DNA of 64,000 bases from Eledone cirrhosa (Eukaryota), in contig OZ024740.1 in the NCBI GenBank assembly GCA_964016885.1, positions 425,878,001 through 425,942,000 of the forward strand, read 5' to 3'. Below are positions 1 to 13,324 of the stretch, one piece after another (the stretch's first letter is position 1; each line of letters starts with the position of its first letter). The translations under genes and the position numbers were made by a program. Below the pieces are notes generated by a model. It did no database searches. It was given only the letters and a program-made list of their open reading frames with translations, and had not been told where the DNA came from.

Positions 1-544
1 GTAACCTGAGATGATTAATTCAATTCACAAAGCCACATAATCACCTTTTCTCAATTAATGCTGAAACGTTCGTCTAGCGAAACAAGATCAACCAATGTGA
101 TCCTCCTGTAAATGGCGGAGGTGTTCCAAATGTCAATAATTAACTGACATGCAACAAAAGCGTCAATGCAGGAAGATGTCTGAGAATACTAAACCAATTA
201 TATTTTTGATATCAATACTGCAACAATTTTATTTTCTTCTACATATGATCATCCAAGATATTTAAACAAAACAGTTTGTTCCGCTACTTCTTCGAATTGA
301 GAGTTCACAGCTGTGACACTGTGGGTATGTGGTTAGAATGTCCCAGGAAAGAATCACTGGACAGATTTTACTGACAAAACCAAATCCGCAGGAGACCCAG
401 GGGTATAATCCGAGCAAGATGGTTGGATAACATCCATGAGTTTGACTGATCTTACTTAGGGATCTAGTCGGATGAGTTGGAGACGGTTGCTTCTGAAAGG
501 CCCCACTGGAAGGAGGATTTGAGGACTCTGCCCCCACCACCCTC

Positions 545-662
545 GAAGAAGAAGAAGAAGAAGAAGAAGAAGAAGAAGAAGAAGAAGAAGAAGAAGAAGA
601 AGAAGAAGAAGAAGAAGAAGAAGAAGAAGAAGAAGAAGAAGAAGAAGAAGAAGAAGAAGAAA
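545..662 (+). repeat. (GAA)n microsatellite, possibly the tail of a short RTE-type LINE 3' fragment (about 440-545)
   Basis: Pure GAA run. The preceding frame reads WETVASERPHWKE, resembling RTE C-termini. Confidence 0.85.
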
Positions 663-1389
663 TAATTGTTTGTTCAAAATATGCTAAAAAAAAGTATCTG
701 TAACAAGAAGTTTTTATATTAAATTCATATCCTAAAGTTACATTAGAGATATTTTAAATAAGTTCTTTACACCAAAAATTACATCATCGTTAGCAAATAT
801 ACAATTAATGTGATATTTATTCCGGTTAGATTGTAGGTAGCCCCATTCAGAATTGAACAATCTCCCCATGGTTGAATAATAGAATTGGACTTAAAAACCT
901 TTGACCAACTCATTCAAATAATTAAAAAACTGAATATTTGATCGTTTAATTCTGGCCATGTTAACTGAACCATCATAGATTTATTAATGTATGCTTGATA
1001 AGTGTTTATCTTGAAGGGATTTTTAAAAATAAAATACTGAATACTTTCGTTGGTTCACTAAAAGATTACCTAATGTTCTAGTTTGAAATAACAACAAATG
1101 TATACAAGAACAAATAAACAATCTAAAAACGAATAAACATAGGAATACAAATAGAACTTCGTATAGAAACATATTGGAAAATAGAAATAAAATACGATCA
1201 TGAATTAGCAATAAAAATACGAACACAAGATTATGAATACAAATACGAAGAGGTATACAAGCAAAATGGTGAAAGAAACGTTGTCATAACGTTATGTTAT
1301 ATCCACAAGGGATGGTGAAATCAAATGAAAATCTTCCCTTCTCCCATAGTAAAGAAAATATACAAACACTCATGTAACAGACTTTATTA

Positions 1390-2020
1390 CTGTGCTTGTG
1401 TCTGTTTGTGTGTGTCTGTGTGTGTTTGTGTGTGTCTGTGTCTGTCTGTGTGTGACTGTGTCTGTTTGTGTGTGTTTGTGTCTGTGTCTGTTTATATGTG
1501 TTTGTGTGTGTGTGTTTATGTTTGTATAGATATGCGTGTGTTTGGTTGTGATTGTGCTATTGAGACTGTCATTATGTGTGCTGAAAGGTGTGTGTTTGTG
1601 TCTGCGCTATTAAGACTGTTATTACATGTGTGTGTAAATGTGTGTAGGTGTGTGGGTGTGTTTGCGCTATTAAGACTGTCATTGTGTGTGTGTGTATTTC
1701 TGAGACAGTCATGTGTGTGTGTGTGTGTTTGTGTGTGTGCTTCTGAGACAGTCATTGTGTGTGTATGTGTTTGTGTGTGTGTGTGTTTCTGAGACAGTCA
1801 TTGTGTGTGTGTGTGTTTGTGTGTGAGACAGTCATTGTCTGTGTATGTGTGTGTGTGTTTCTGAGACAGTCATTGTCTGTATATGTGTGTGTGTGTGTGT
1901 TTCTGAGACAGTCATTGTGTGTGTGTATGTTCGTGTGTGTGTGTGTTTGTGTGTGTGAGACAGTCATTGTGTGTGTATGTGTATGTGTGTGTGTGTGTGA
2001 GACAGTCATTGTGTGTATGT
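1390..2020. repeat. Composite minisatellite: (TG)n spacers with a recurring GAGACAGTCATTG-like motif
   Basis: The motif (ttct)gagacagtcattg recurs between TG runs from about 1700 to 2010; degenerate aagactgt copies lie upstream. Confidence 0.85.
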
Positions 2021-2446
2021 TTAATGTATCTATTACTCTTGTGGATATACAGGCATTATTGAACCTAACATTATATTTAAATGTTCAGTTTTTCGCCGCA
2101 AGGCAACTTCCAACAGACTGTGACAGGTTTACACCGTTCCTTTGCCCTCTCCATCCACGCCCTCTCCATCCATGCCCTCTCCATCCATGCCCATCTATTC
2201 CTATACTTCACTTCTTTTAATCTCCTCCGTCTCTTCTCATATTAAAATGCGAAAGGTTTACTCTTGAGATATTTGTAATTTATACACATGAATCTTACAT
2301 AAGTGATATATGTATTGTTACTTAAATAGAAGAGTTTAACGGAGACTTACAAACACACACACACCAATACTCACACATGCACACACATACACACACCTAC
2401 ACATTTATAAACAATAAACATATACATATATACCTAAATACATTCT

Positions 2447-2490
<44 letters not shown>

Positions 2491-2810
2491 CATATATACA
2501 TACATACATTCTTACATACATACATACATTCTTACATACATACATACATACATACATATATAAATACATATATACATACATCCATTCTTACATGCCTACA
2601 TACATACATACATACATTCATACATTTTTACTTACAATCATACACACATTCATACGTACATACATACATACGTACATATATACTTACATTGGACCTCCGT
2701 CAGATTCTACGACGTGTTCCAATAGTATGACCAACGGAATAGCCTGCTCATGAGATTAACATGTGGGAAGTTGTGGCTAGGTTCAATCAGGATCTCCACG
2801 ACCGGTATAT

Positions 2811-2960
2811 GTGGAGGTGCGTGGCCTAGTGGTAAGGGTGTTGGACTTACGATCATAATGTTGTGGGTTCCATAATTCTTTGGGTTGTGTGTTGTGTTCT
2901 TGAGCAAAACACTTCATTTCACATTTCCCCAGTATACTCAGCTGAAAATGAGTACCACCA
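2811..2960 (+). mobile_element. tRNA-derived SINE (family 1)
   Basis: A-box-like gtggcctagtgg, degenerate B-box gggttcca, and a body (gtgttcttgagcaaaacacttcatttcac) shared with the copies at about 5100, 31900 and 36750. Confidence 0.7.
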
Positions 2961-4263
2961 CCAATAGCTGGGGGTTTAACCTTGCTATGGTCTGGCGTCC
3001 TGTAGAGTGGTGGAGGTTGTTTTGTACATTCTTACACTCAGTCGCTTCCCGTCCCTAAGCTTGGATAAGCACCAGCCTAACGAGCCAGAGACAGACTTTA
3101 GAGACAAGGGACTAAACTGGTTAGTAATTCTTCCCAAATACATGGCATCTCCAATATTACATATTTCAGTATGTATATGAGAAAACACTTGTTTCTTTAA
3201 GTGTAAGAAGAAACTTGTCGTTCTTTGTATAAGAGAGATGTTATCTTTTCACCCTTTCTGTCTTCATTAACTCCTGTTTCTGTTTTCTGAGTTGATATGG
3301 TAGACGTAATATTGCCTTACTTCATTCATAATAATGATTAAAGTCTTCAAGTTTAGAGTTCCCTGCTGTCTGTGTAAAGGAGGCTCCATTGAAACTTCTC
3401 GTTGTGTTGTCGGGATGTTAGAAAGCAATTAATGAAATATTAATGTTTGTATTTTTGGTATACCGACTTACAATCATCGTTTATTTCAATTACAAATACT
3501 TGTTATAACCCTATTTTATATTCCAAATTATATGAGGCATTACATGTATACTTCCCTTTCCCCTTTAAAAAAAGTGATTTATTCTTTCACACACACACAC
3601 GCATATACCCCCCCACACACACACACATATACCCATACACATACACATATACCCATACACATACACATATACCCATACACATATATATATACCCATACAT
3701 ATATATATATATATATATTCAAACATACATATATATATATATATAGCCGCTAAAACTGAATACTTATGTTCATGAAGAACCTCTGACTCCCGTCCAACGT
3801 CATATTGGGTGTATTTCTCTGCCAACCCATACAGTAAACTAAATTGTCAATTGTTGCTAATTCTCCGGATCCTGTTTATACACAGTTCCCGTGTTTCTTC
3901 TGTTTATTTTGGTAGAAGGATCAACATGAAATAAAGTGTCTTGCTCAAGGTCATAACGTATTACCCTGTCATTAATCGAACTCGCAGCCTCGTGACTGCA
4001 AATCCTACACTCTAGCCACTAAAACGTTGGCATTCGTAGATCTGTTACAAATCAACAAGATACAGCTTGACAACGTCTGTCTTCCCAATTAAGGCCTGGT
4101 TGCACAATCCGAGTTTGGGAGAATAGGTAGTCTGATATGATTTGACGAATTTGGAGCAGGAGTACGGTTTATTGGGCAGGAATCAAGGGTAAAGGTTGGC
4201 GTTCGGTTTAGGGTATTTGCTGTGGGTGAGTAGACAGATTGGAACAACAATAACGGTGTTATT

Positions 4264-4336
<73 letters not shown>

Positions 4337-4741
4337 TAAAATAACAGATATACATTTAAGCAAAGAATCGCTGCTTTCACCCTTAACGGGATCTTCTGAT
4401 ATATATATATATATAATCATAAGTTTGAAGAACAGTCAGACCAAATATATCCAATTTTTATTCTCCTTAGTCCACAGAAATGAACTAGATAAATAATCAT
4501 TTAAACGGAGCTAAGTTTAAAATGTAACTTTGAAGAAATAACAGATACATGCCACAAACTATCCTCTGTGAGGAACAGTGAGATAACATCCAGTCTTTCC
4601 TCTTAGTCCGTAGAAATGGACTAGACAAATAATCAATTAGACGGAGCTAAGTCTAAAATATGTATATAAACTTTACCTCATACTTTGTGGATATGTCTAA
4701 TCCAGGTATTATCCATGAGGCGTCAAGCTCCTCAAGAGACT

Positions 4742-4783
<42 letters not shown>

Positions 4784-4814
4784 ATTAATAAATGGAAAAT
4801 ATCATTTATAATAT

Positions 4815-4887
4815 AATATTTATTTTATTATACGTATTTCAAGGACACAAACTGCTTGTGTGCTTTCATCAGATAAAATATAATATT
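4815..4887 (-). ncRNA. Type I hammerhead ribozyme in a solo pLTR-like fragment (about 4770-4930) related to the PLE2 pLTR end
   Basis: Minus strand reads TATTTTAT-CTGATGA-AAGCACACAAGCAGTTTGTGTCCTT-GAAA-TACGTA-TA-ATAAAATA: 8-bp stem I, hairpin stem II, palindromic stem III. Confidence 0.8.
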
Positions 4888-5019
4888 TGGTGGTAAGATA
4901 TTGACATACCTTAACATAGACTTAATAGTATAAGCTCGTTAACGGCGAATGATCGACTTTCGTCAAATCGGACCGAGGAAACAATGATTCCATTGGTCTT
5001 TCCGATTGCTAATACTATC

Positions 5020-5165
5020 TATTGATCGCAACTCCAGGTAGAAGGAGCAATGTGAAATAAATTGTCTTGTTCAAGGACATAACGCAACACCCGGTCCGGG
5101 AATCGAACCCACAACCTCACGATTGCGAATCCAATTCTCTAACCACTCAACCACACGCCTTCACA
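5020..5165 (-). mobile_element. tRNA-derived SINE (family 1)
   Basis: Minus strand has tggttgagtgg (A box) and ggttcgattcc (B box); highly similar to 31815-31963. Confidence 0.8.
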
Positions 5166-5202
5166 TTGGAAAGAACAACGGAAACATTGTTTTCTCGGTC
5201 CG

Positions 5203-5493
<291 letters not shown>

Positions 5494-6050
5494 TGGCTGC
5501 CAACTCGTTTTCGAGTACGGCCACTACTTTATATCCATGTAGGAGAACCCCTACCGATGCGCTGAACGAGTGTGACTTTTTAGTCCAGCCAACGACTTGA
5601 AAATCTGGTACAAACACTACACTTGTGACAATTGACACATAGTGCTGGGCCCATGGAACCATGTGACGACAAGTGCAGAGAGATCTCCAGATATAAACCA
5701 ACTCCTGTGCCGTGAAGCTTTTATAGTGAGCAAAGGCACTGCACAAAGCCAGTCCCACTCTCTTAACCAAGATGATATTTACCAAAGAGAAGAACAAGTC
5801 AACATCATTGGATACCATCAGGGTTGCAGGTGTTATATCAGAGTATTCCTTCTCCTAGAATTCTGCCTTGACAAAGGCTAAGGGGTCATCTCTCCCGGTG
5901 ATTTTGGATGGCCATTGACTCTTAAGAGTTCCTTTGCCCTTTCACAAGTTTTGTTTTTAGTCCTGCAGGATGTCCAAAGTCACCCTCCTCACCAAGAAAC
6001 CTTGGTGGGGTTGTAAGTTTAGTCGCCAACGACCCGACCATGAGACCCGA

Positions 6051-6124
6051 ACAAACAGCCCGAATTACGCCGTACAGTGTTCAGGCAACCATCGTCGCCC
6101 TTTTTTTCAACACTGACACAGGAA

Positions 6125-6186
<62 letters not shown>

Positions 6187-6227
6187 TAAATCATGTCTTT
6201 AGAATTATTAGATAAAATATATATGTA

Positions 6228-6296
<69 letters not shown>

Positions 6297-6566
6297 TTCC
6301 TGTGTCAGTGTTGAAAAAAAGGGCGACGATCGTTGCTTGAACACTGTACGGCGTAATTCGGGCTGTTTGTTTGTTTATAAACAAACAAACCGAACATTAT
6401 AATAAATGTTCGGTAAACCCATATATATATGTGTGCATGTATGTATATATATATATACATACTACTGTACATCTGTATACATATATGTATGTAGGTACAC
6501 ATACATACTTACAGTATCAGCCGTACTAAGAGTGAGAAATGAAATTTCGTTTCATTTTTTTCCATT
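6051..6566. mobile_element. Non-autonomous HHR-family C: two head-to-head partial copies (6051-6128 - and 6293-6566 +) around a (TA)n tract
   Basis: Homologous to 43641-44040 and 61943-62530. The two arms are reverse complements of each other. Confidence 0.75.
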
Positions 6567-7317
6567 TATATATATATATATATATATATATGCAGAAATG
6601 TATGTGTGTATAGATTGTGTCCTGGTTCACCTGTTGCTTTTCACCTGATATATGACGTCTAGAATAGATTTTTCGTTTTAGGAGCGAAATGGTATTTACA
6701 AGTCGATGTTCATTATAGCGACCGTTATGGAGGTGAAAGTGTGTATTGTTCGTTTCATATAACACAATGGAGGACAACAGGACAACAGGACAACAGGACA
6801 ACAGGACAACAATCTGGGAGGTCGGTATTTCATCTTTTCCCGCTCACATTCTGAGTTACTTGGTCGTAAAATAATACAAAAGAGGGTATCATTTCCTGGT
6901 GTGATAAGTAATTAGCTGAATGTTGTAGATGGGAGAAGAAGGTATTGTGTAGTTAGTGTAGGTGTTCTAGGGGAGGAATAGAGCAACTATTGGAACATAT
7001 CAGATATCTTGGCTAACAATATAGCTGTAGCACACTTAGAAGAAGGGGGAGATGAAGAAGAATACTATGACGACGACGACGACGATGATGATGATGATGA
7101 TGATGATGATGAGGAGGAGGAGGAGAAGAAGAAGAAGAAGAAGAAGAAGAAGAAGAAGAAGAAGAAGAAGAAGAAGAAGAAGAAGAAGAAGAAGAAGAAG
7201 GGAAGACATAAGAAAAAGAATGAAATAGAAGAGAAAGAATAAAAGGAAAAATAGAATATGAGAGAGAGAGAGAGACGGGATAGATAGAGAGAGGGAGAGA
7301 GAGGGGAGAGAGAGAGA

Positions 7318-7360
<43 letters not shown>

Positions 7361-8143
7361 TATGTCTATTACTACACACCTGACCACCAAATATGGATCA
7401 GCAGGTTATAGTTAGTTTCGTATTCTAACAATTGAACACTGAATACCTGGGAGTCTATACGTATATACATGTGTGTGACTGTGATGTACATGTGTGTGAC
7501 TGTGTGATGTACATGTGTGTGTATATAAGTATGAACATGTGTGTGACTGTGTGATGTACATGTGTGTGTGTGACTGTATGATTGTATATCTGTATGGATG
7601 TATATAAACATGGCCGTCTGTTGTTGTCTGTATGAACCTCTATGTTGTATACAAAGGTGAGCATTTACAGCTGGATGTCTATCTAAATGTGGGATTGTAT
7701 GTGTAAGAATCATCCAAAAGTGTGTAAATATGTCTATACATATGTACATATGTGTGTATATGTATATGTGTATATACATGGGTGCATGTGTATGTATATG
7801 CGCGGCGGGGGCATAGAAATAGTCGGGCTGGACACCCGATCGCGAGGTTAAACCACTGGGAGTGAAGGACCCCTAGCCCTTGTCAGGACATTTTTCTAGG
7901 AGAAGGCAACTCAGGAAACTGGGATAACTCCGACATAAAACCTGCGGCTCAGTAGTTACCGATGATGTTGATCTTTTCTTCTTTTCGGGTTATAGCTACT
8001 GTCACTCAGAGAGTGGGATTGGCTCAGTGCACAGTCTTTCCTCACTTTAAAAAATATCCTCACGCACAGGCATTGCACGATGGAATTAATTAATAATGGT
8101 ATATCGTGCAATGGCCATACTCGATAACGAGGGGGCAGCCAAC

Positions 8144-8204
<61 letters not shown>

Positions 8205-8210
<6 letters not shown>

Positions 8211-8595
8211 AATGTACTATTTGGATGGCCGTCGACTCTGCTGAGTTCCTCCGCCCATTGCCAGGTCTTGTATTTTATCCCGCAGGGTGTCCAAATATCA
8301 CCCTCCACACCTAGCTAGCTTGGTGGGGTTGCCAGTTTAGTCGCCGACGACCCGACTTTGAGACAGGTTGTACTGGGTTACATGTTACCAGCAACGCAGT
8401 TCGCTCTCGAGTGCTACTGGTAACATGTAACCCAGTACAACCTGTCTCATGGTCAGGTCGTCGGCGACTAAACCGGCAACCCCACCAAGCTAGCTAGGTG
8501 TGGAGGGTGATATTTGGACACCCTGCTGGATGAAATAGAAGACCTTGCAAAAGGCGGAGGAACTCAGCAGAGTCAACGGCCATCAAAATAGTATA
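8205..8595. repeat. About 190-bp fold-back inverted repeat of an interspersed element (related copy at about 5900-6045)
   Basis: 8205-8398 is the imperfect reverse complement of 8412-8595, with a short spacer and short TA flanks. Confidence 0.8.
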
Positions 8596-9102
8596 TATAT
8601 ATTTTTTTTCACCTGGGAGTGAAAGGCCCCCAGTTGTTGTCACAACACCTTTCTAGGGGAGGGGAGTGAGAGGCCCCCAGTTGTTGTCACAACACCTTTC
8701 TAGGAGAGGGAAACTCTGAAAAATAAACCTGCGACTTAGGAAGCATCCGATGAGTTTGACTAGTTCTCCTTTTCGGGTAGTGTTTTCGATGTTCGGAGAG
8801 TGGCATTGGTCGAGTGCAAGGCCTTTCCCCACTTAAAAAAAACCTTCCAGACACATGCATTGCTTGTTCAGCATGTTACAGGTTCGTGTGACTGGCCGTA
8901 GCCTAAATATGCACCAAATTCTATAATCTGACAAGCGATTGCAATACTGTTAGCAGAGTTTGCAGCCATCATGTATATGTATATGTATATATGACTGGCT
9001 CACTTGTTTTATTTGATTGTCACTGTGTTCGGCTGTTTTGTGTATATGTATATATATATGTATATGTATGTGTATATGCATATATATGTATGTTTATATG
9101 CA

Positions 9103-9138
<36 letters not shown>

Positions 9139-9740
9139 CGTACATGCATATGTATATGTATATGCATGTTTATATGTATATATGTATGTATACATGTATA
9201 TATAACTCACTGTGTTTTTGTTTGATTGTCTGTTTCAATCTGACTTTGTTCTACATGTATACTCGTATGTTTTTTCTACGCATGTGCTTGTGTATGTGTG
9301 TGAGTGTATGTTTGCATATGTCTGTGTTTGCATATGTGTGTGTATGTGTGACTATGTGCGTGCGTGTGCATCAGTATGAGTGAATATGTGTATGTGAGTG
9401 TGAGTGAGTCTGTGTGAGTGAGTCTGTGTGAGTGAGACTGCATGTGTGTGTATACATGTGAGTGTTCCTAGTTATCTGTGTTAGTTCGTGTGCATATGTC
9501 AGATGTCAAGTACCTTTCAACAAACATGGCCGTTTGAAGGACGTTTGAATAAACCTGACCACCCACCCCCAACACCAAGACATTTTCTTACCTACAGTAG
9601 TCACCTCACTATTCCTAAACAGCTACCTACCTACCTACACACGTACACACATCCATACCTAAATTATACATATATACATACACAGATAAACATATATTCA
9701 TGCATATATATATATACACACACACACACATATATATAGC

Positions 9741-9902
<162 letters not shown>

Positions 9903-10374
9903 TATATATAGTTATATACATATATATATACATATATATACATATATACATATATACATATATACATATACATATATATATATGCATATATATATATACA
10001 TATATATAAACTTTAAGACACATTCATACATAAATAAGTAACAATATAAAAAAATTAAAGCAAAAATTTTCCAAAAGTATTTGTATGAAAAAATTAAAAA
10101 TTAAAACAAATAAATAGGAAGAAATCAGTGAAAAACAAACAAAAAACATAACTGAGAAGCAATAAAATATAACAAAGAATGAAAATAAAAAGAATAAAGA
10201 GCAATAAGTGAGAATTACTGTTGCACTTCGTAACCTCACTTTGATTGATGATGGTTCCATGTCAAAATACTTATTGTTAAACATTGGGTGTCACCTGATG
10301 TAAACCGGGTAGTTGTTCCTACATGTAACATAGGTACATAGGCGTATATATCCACCACATAACCTACACGTGTG

Positions 10375-10517
<143 letters not shown>

Positions 10518-10567
10518 GTGTAGGTTATGTGGTGGATATATACGCCTATGTACCTATGTATATATAT

Positions 10568-10611
<44 letters not shown>

Positions 10612-10741
10612 ATAAATCTACCAAGAGTTTACGGTAGTGTCCAATCCGTATGAAGAACTCAATGTATTCCGGATATCATGGAAAGAAGAGATGTAATGAA
10701 AAACCACTTTCGGTGAAAGATAAACGGTATACAGAGTCAAG

Positions 10742-11766
10742 ATAAAATATTAAACAAATAATGAATAAACAATTCCTTATATTAAACAAAAAAAGTTCAT
10801 TATTTAACGATCGTTTCTAGGATATATATGTGTTAGAATTGGTATGCATATTCAACAGATCTATGTACAAAATTATACAAAATTATACAAATTATCAAGA
10901 TTAAATATACATACCAAACACATATATACGCCGTCTTCAGAAATAATGAAGTATATTTATTGATAATAACAACAATTCAAAATTTCAGTTCAAAATTGAC
11001 CAATGAAAACACAAAGGGTTAAATGCAGTTCGGTGTGTGTATATACATGTAAAACCCTTACACATATTTTACAAAAATGTATGTATAATTTGTATACGCA
11101 TACTAAAAGGATGGATGCAAATACAAAATTTCAAGGTTAATGTCTCTGTAAGCTTACAATGCGCAGATAAGATGCGCATTGATACTTATGAAATCAAGTA
11201 TATAAATATATTTTTTCATACTCACACATATCAGTACAATCACACATACACGCGCGTATATGCATAAATATACACATAACCACGAACATACAAACACACA
11301 CACACCCCCACTCACATTTATATATGTGGATATAAAATCATAAGCACATGGATATTAATTCACTCACATAAAACACTGGCACACACATTTTTAGATCAAG
11401 ATACAGAAATTAGGTGGGAGGGGGGGGAGGGGTCAGTATTCAACTGTCTGAGCAGACTGCCTAATATAAATGTATCTATAAATTAAGAAAAATAAAAAAA
11501 TAAAACAATAAAATATAATAAATATAATATAATATACATACACATACAGATATATACACATACATACATGTACGCACACATAGAAATATTTACGCATACA
11601 CACATACACACATACATATACAGTCATACACACACATACACTTACACGAACATACACATACACATATATAAAGATATATATATACACACACACACACACG
11701 CAACACATACACACATACACATATATATAAAAAATAAATAATAAAGATATATACCTATATATATAT

Positions 11767-11807
<41 letters not shown>

Positions 11808-12227
11808 CATACACATACATCTAAATATACATACACATACACACACACATACATGTACATACATGTACATACATATACGCACATCGATATACATATATAT
11901 ATACATATATATATATATACACACACATAGACATATAGATACATACACACACAACTTACATACACACATATATATATACATGTATATTCATACATAGAAT
12001 TAGATATATAATCATACATACATATGCACTTACTTATACTCATATATACAAATACATACGCATCCATATATGCGTATATACATAAAAAACCACTCCAACC
12101 TCACCTAACTCAGACATACAAATAAAAATAATAATAAAAAGGCATATGTATATACATACACACACGCATTAATAGAGATATATATATACACACATACATA
12201 CACATATATATATATATATATATACAC

Positions 12228-12258
<31 letters not shown>

Positions 12259-12520
12259 TACACTCATACATATATATATATATATATATATACACATAGA
12301 TATCCACACACTCATACCACCATAAATACACATACAAACACCCACATATATATATATATACACACGTATATATATATATATATATATACACACACATAAA
12401 AAACAGACATGCACATATATATATATATATTTTTTTTACACTTATATATACACATATTATATACACATACACAACCTCACTTATACACACATACACATAA
12501 GTTATATTATAATAATAAAG

Positions 12521-12581
<61 letters not shown>

Positions 12582-12667
12582 CATACATACATATACATAC
12601 ATACATATAAACATATACATACATAAATACACACATACGAATAAAGACATATATTCACACATAGACA

Positions 12668-12713
<46 letters not shown>

Positions 12714-13324
12714 TACACACATACATATACACAGACACATATACACACTCACATATATATATATGTGTGTGTGCGCACACACACATATATACACACACAC
12801 ACACAAATACACATAAACACATACATATGCATACATGCACACACACACACATATATCACATAGATACGAAGATAAACATATAAATAGAGAGACATACATA
12901 TATATACAACACACATACACACACATACATACACACGCATATACATATACATATATATATACATATATATATTCCTATATATACATGCATACACATATAT
13001 ACACATATATACACATACATACACATATACGTACACACATTCACATACACATACATATATAATGCATATATACACATATATACATACATATACACACTCA
13101 TATATACACACGCAATCTTACATTCATATTTGCATGCGCATATATGTATTTTTATATTTAGATATAAATACCCAAACCTATATAGACACCTACCTACATA
13201 TATATTCATACATAGACGCTTACAAATACAGATGATAATAGTATGGGGGAAAGGGGGGGTTTGGAGAAGGGGATCAAAGTAAATATATGTTTCAAGAAAC
13301 ATAGAATATTTTCCGTATCTTTAT
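10742..13324 (-). repeat. PLE1 inverted (5') pseudo-LTR
   Basis: Reverse complement of 16521-19106. Differences are mostly microsatellite length plus at least one substitution; mirrored ORFs appear in the track. Confidence 0.95.
10796..10950 (-). ncRNA. Type I hammerhead ribozyme (PLE1, inverted copy)
   Basis: Reverse complement of 18898-19052. Confidence 0.8.
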
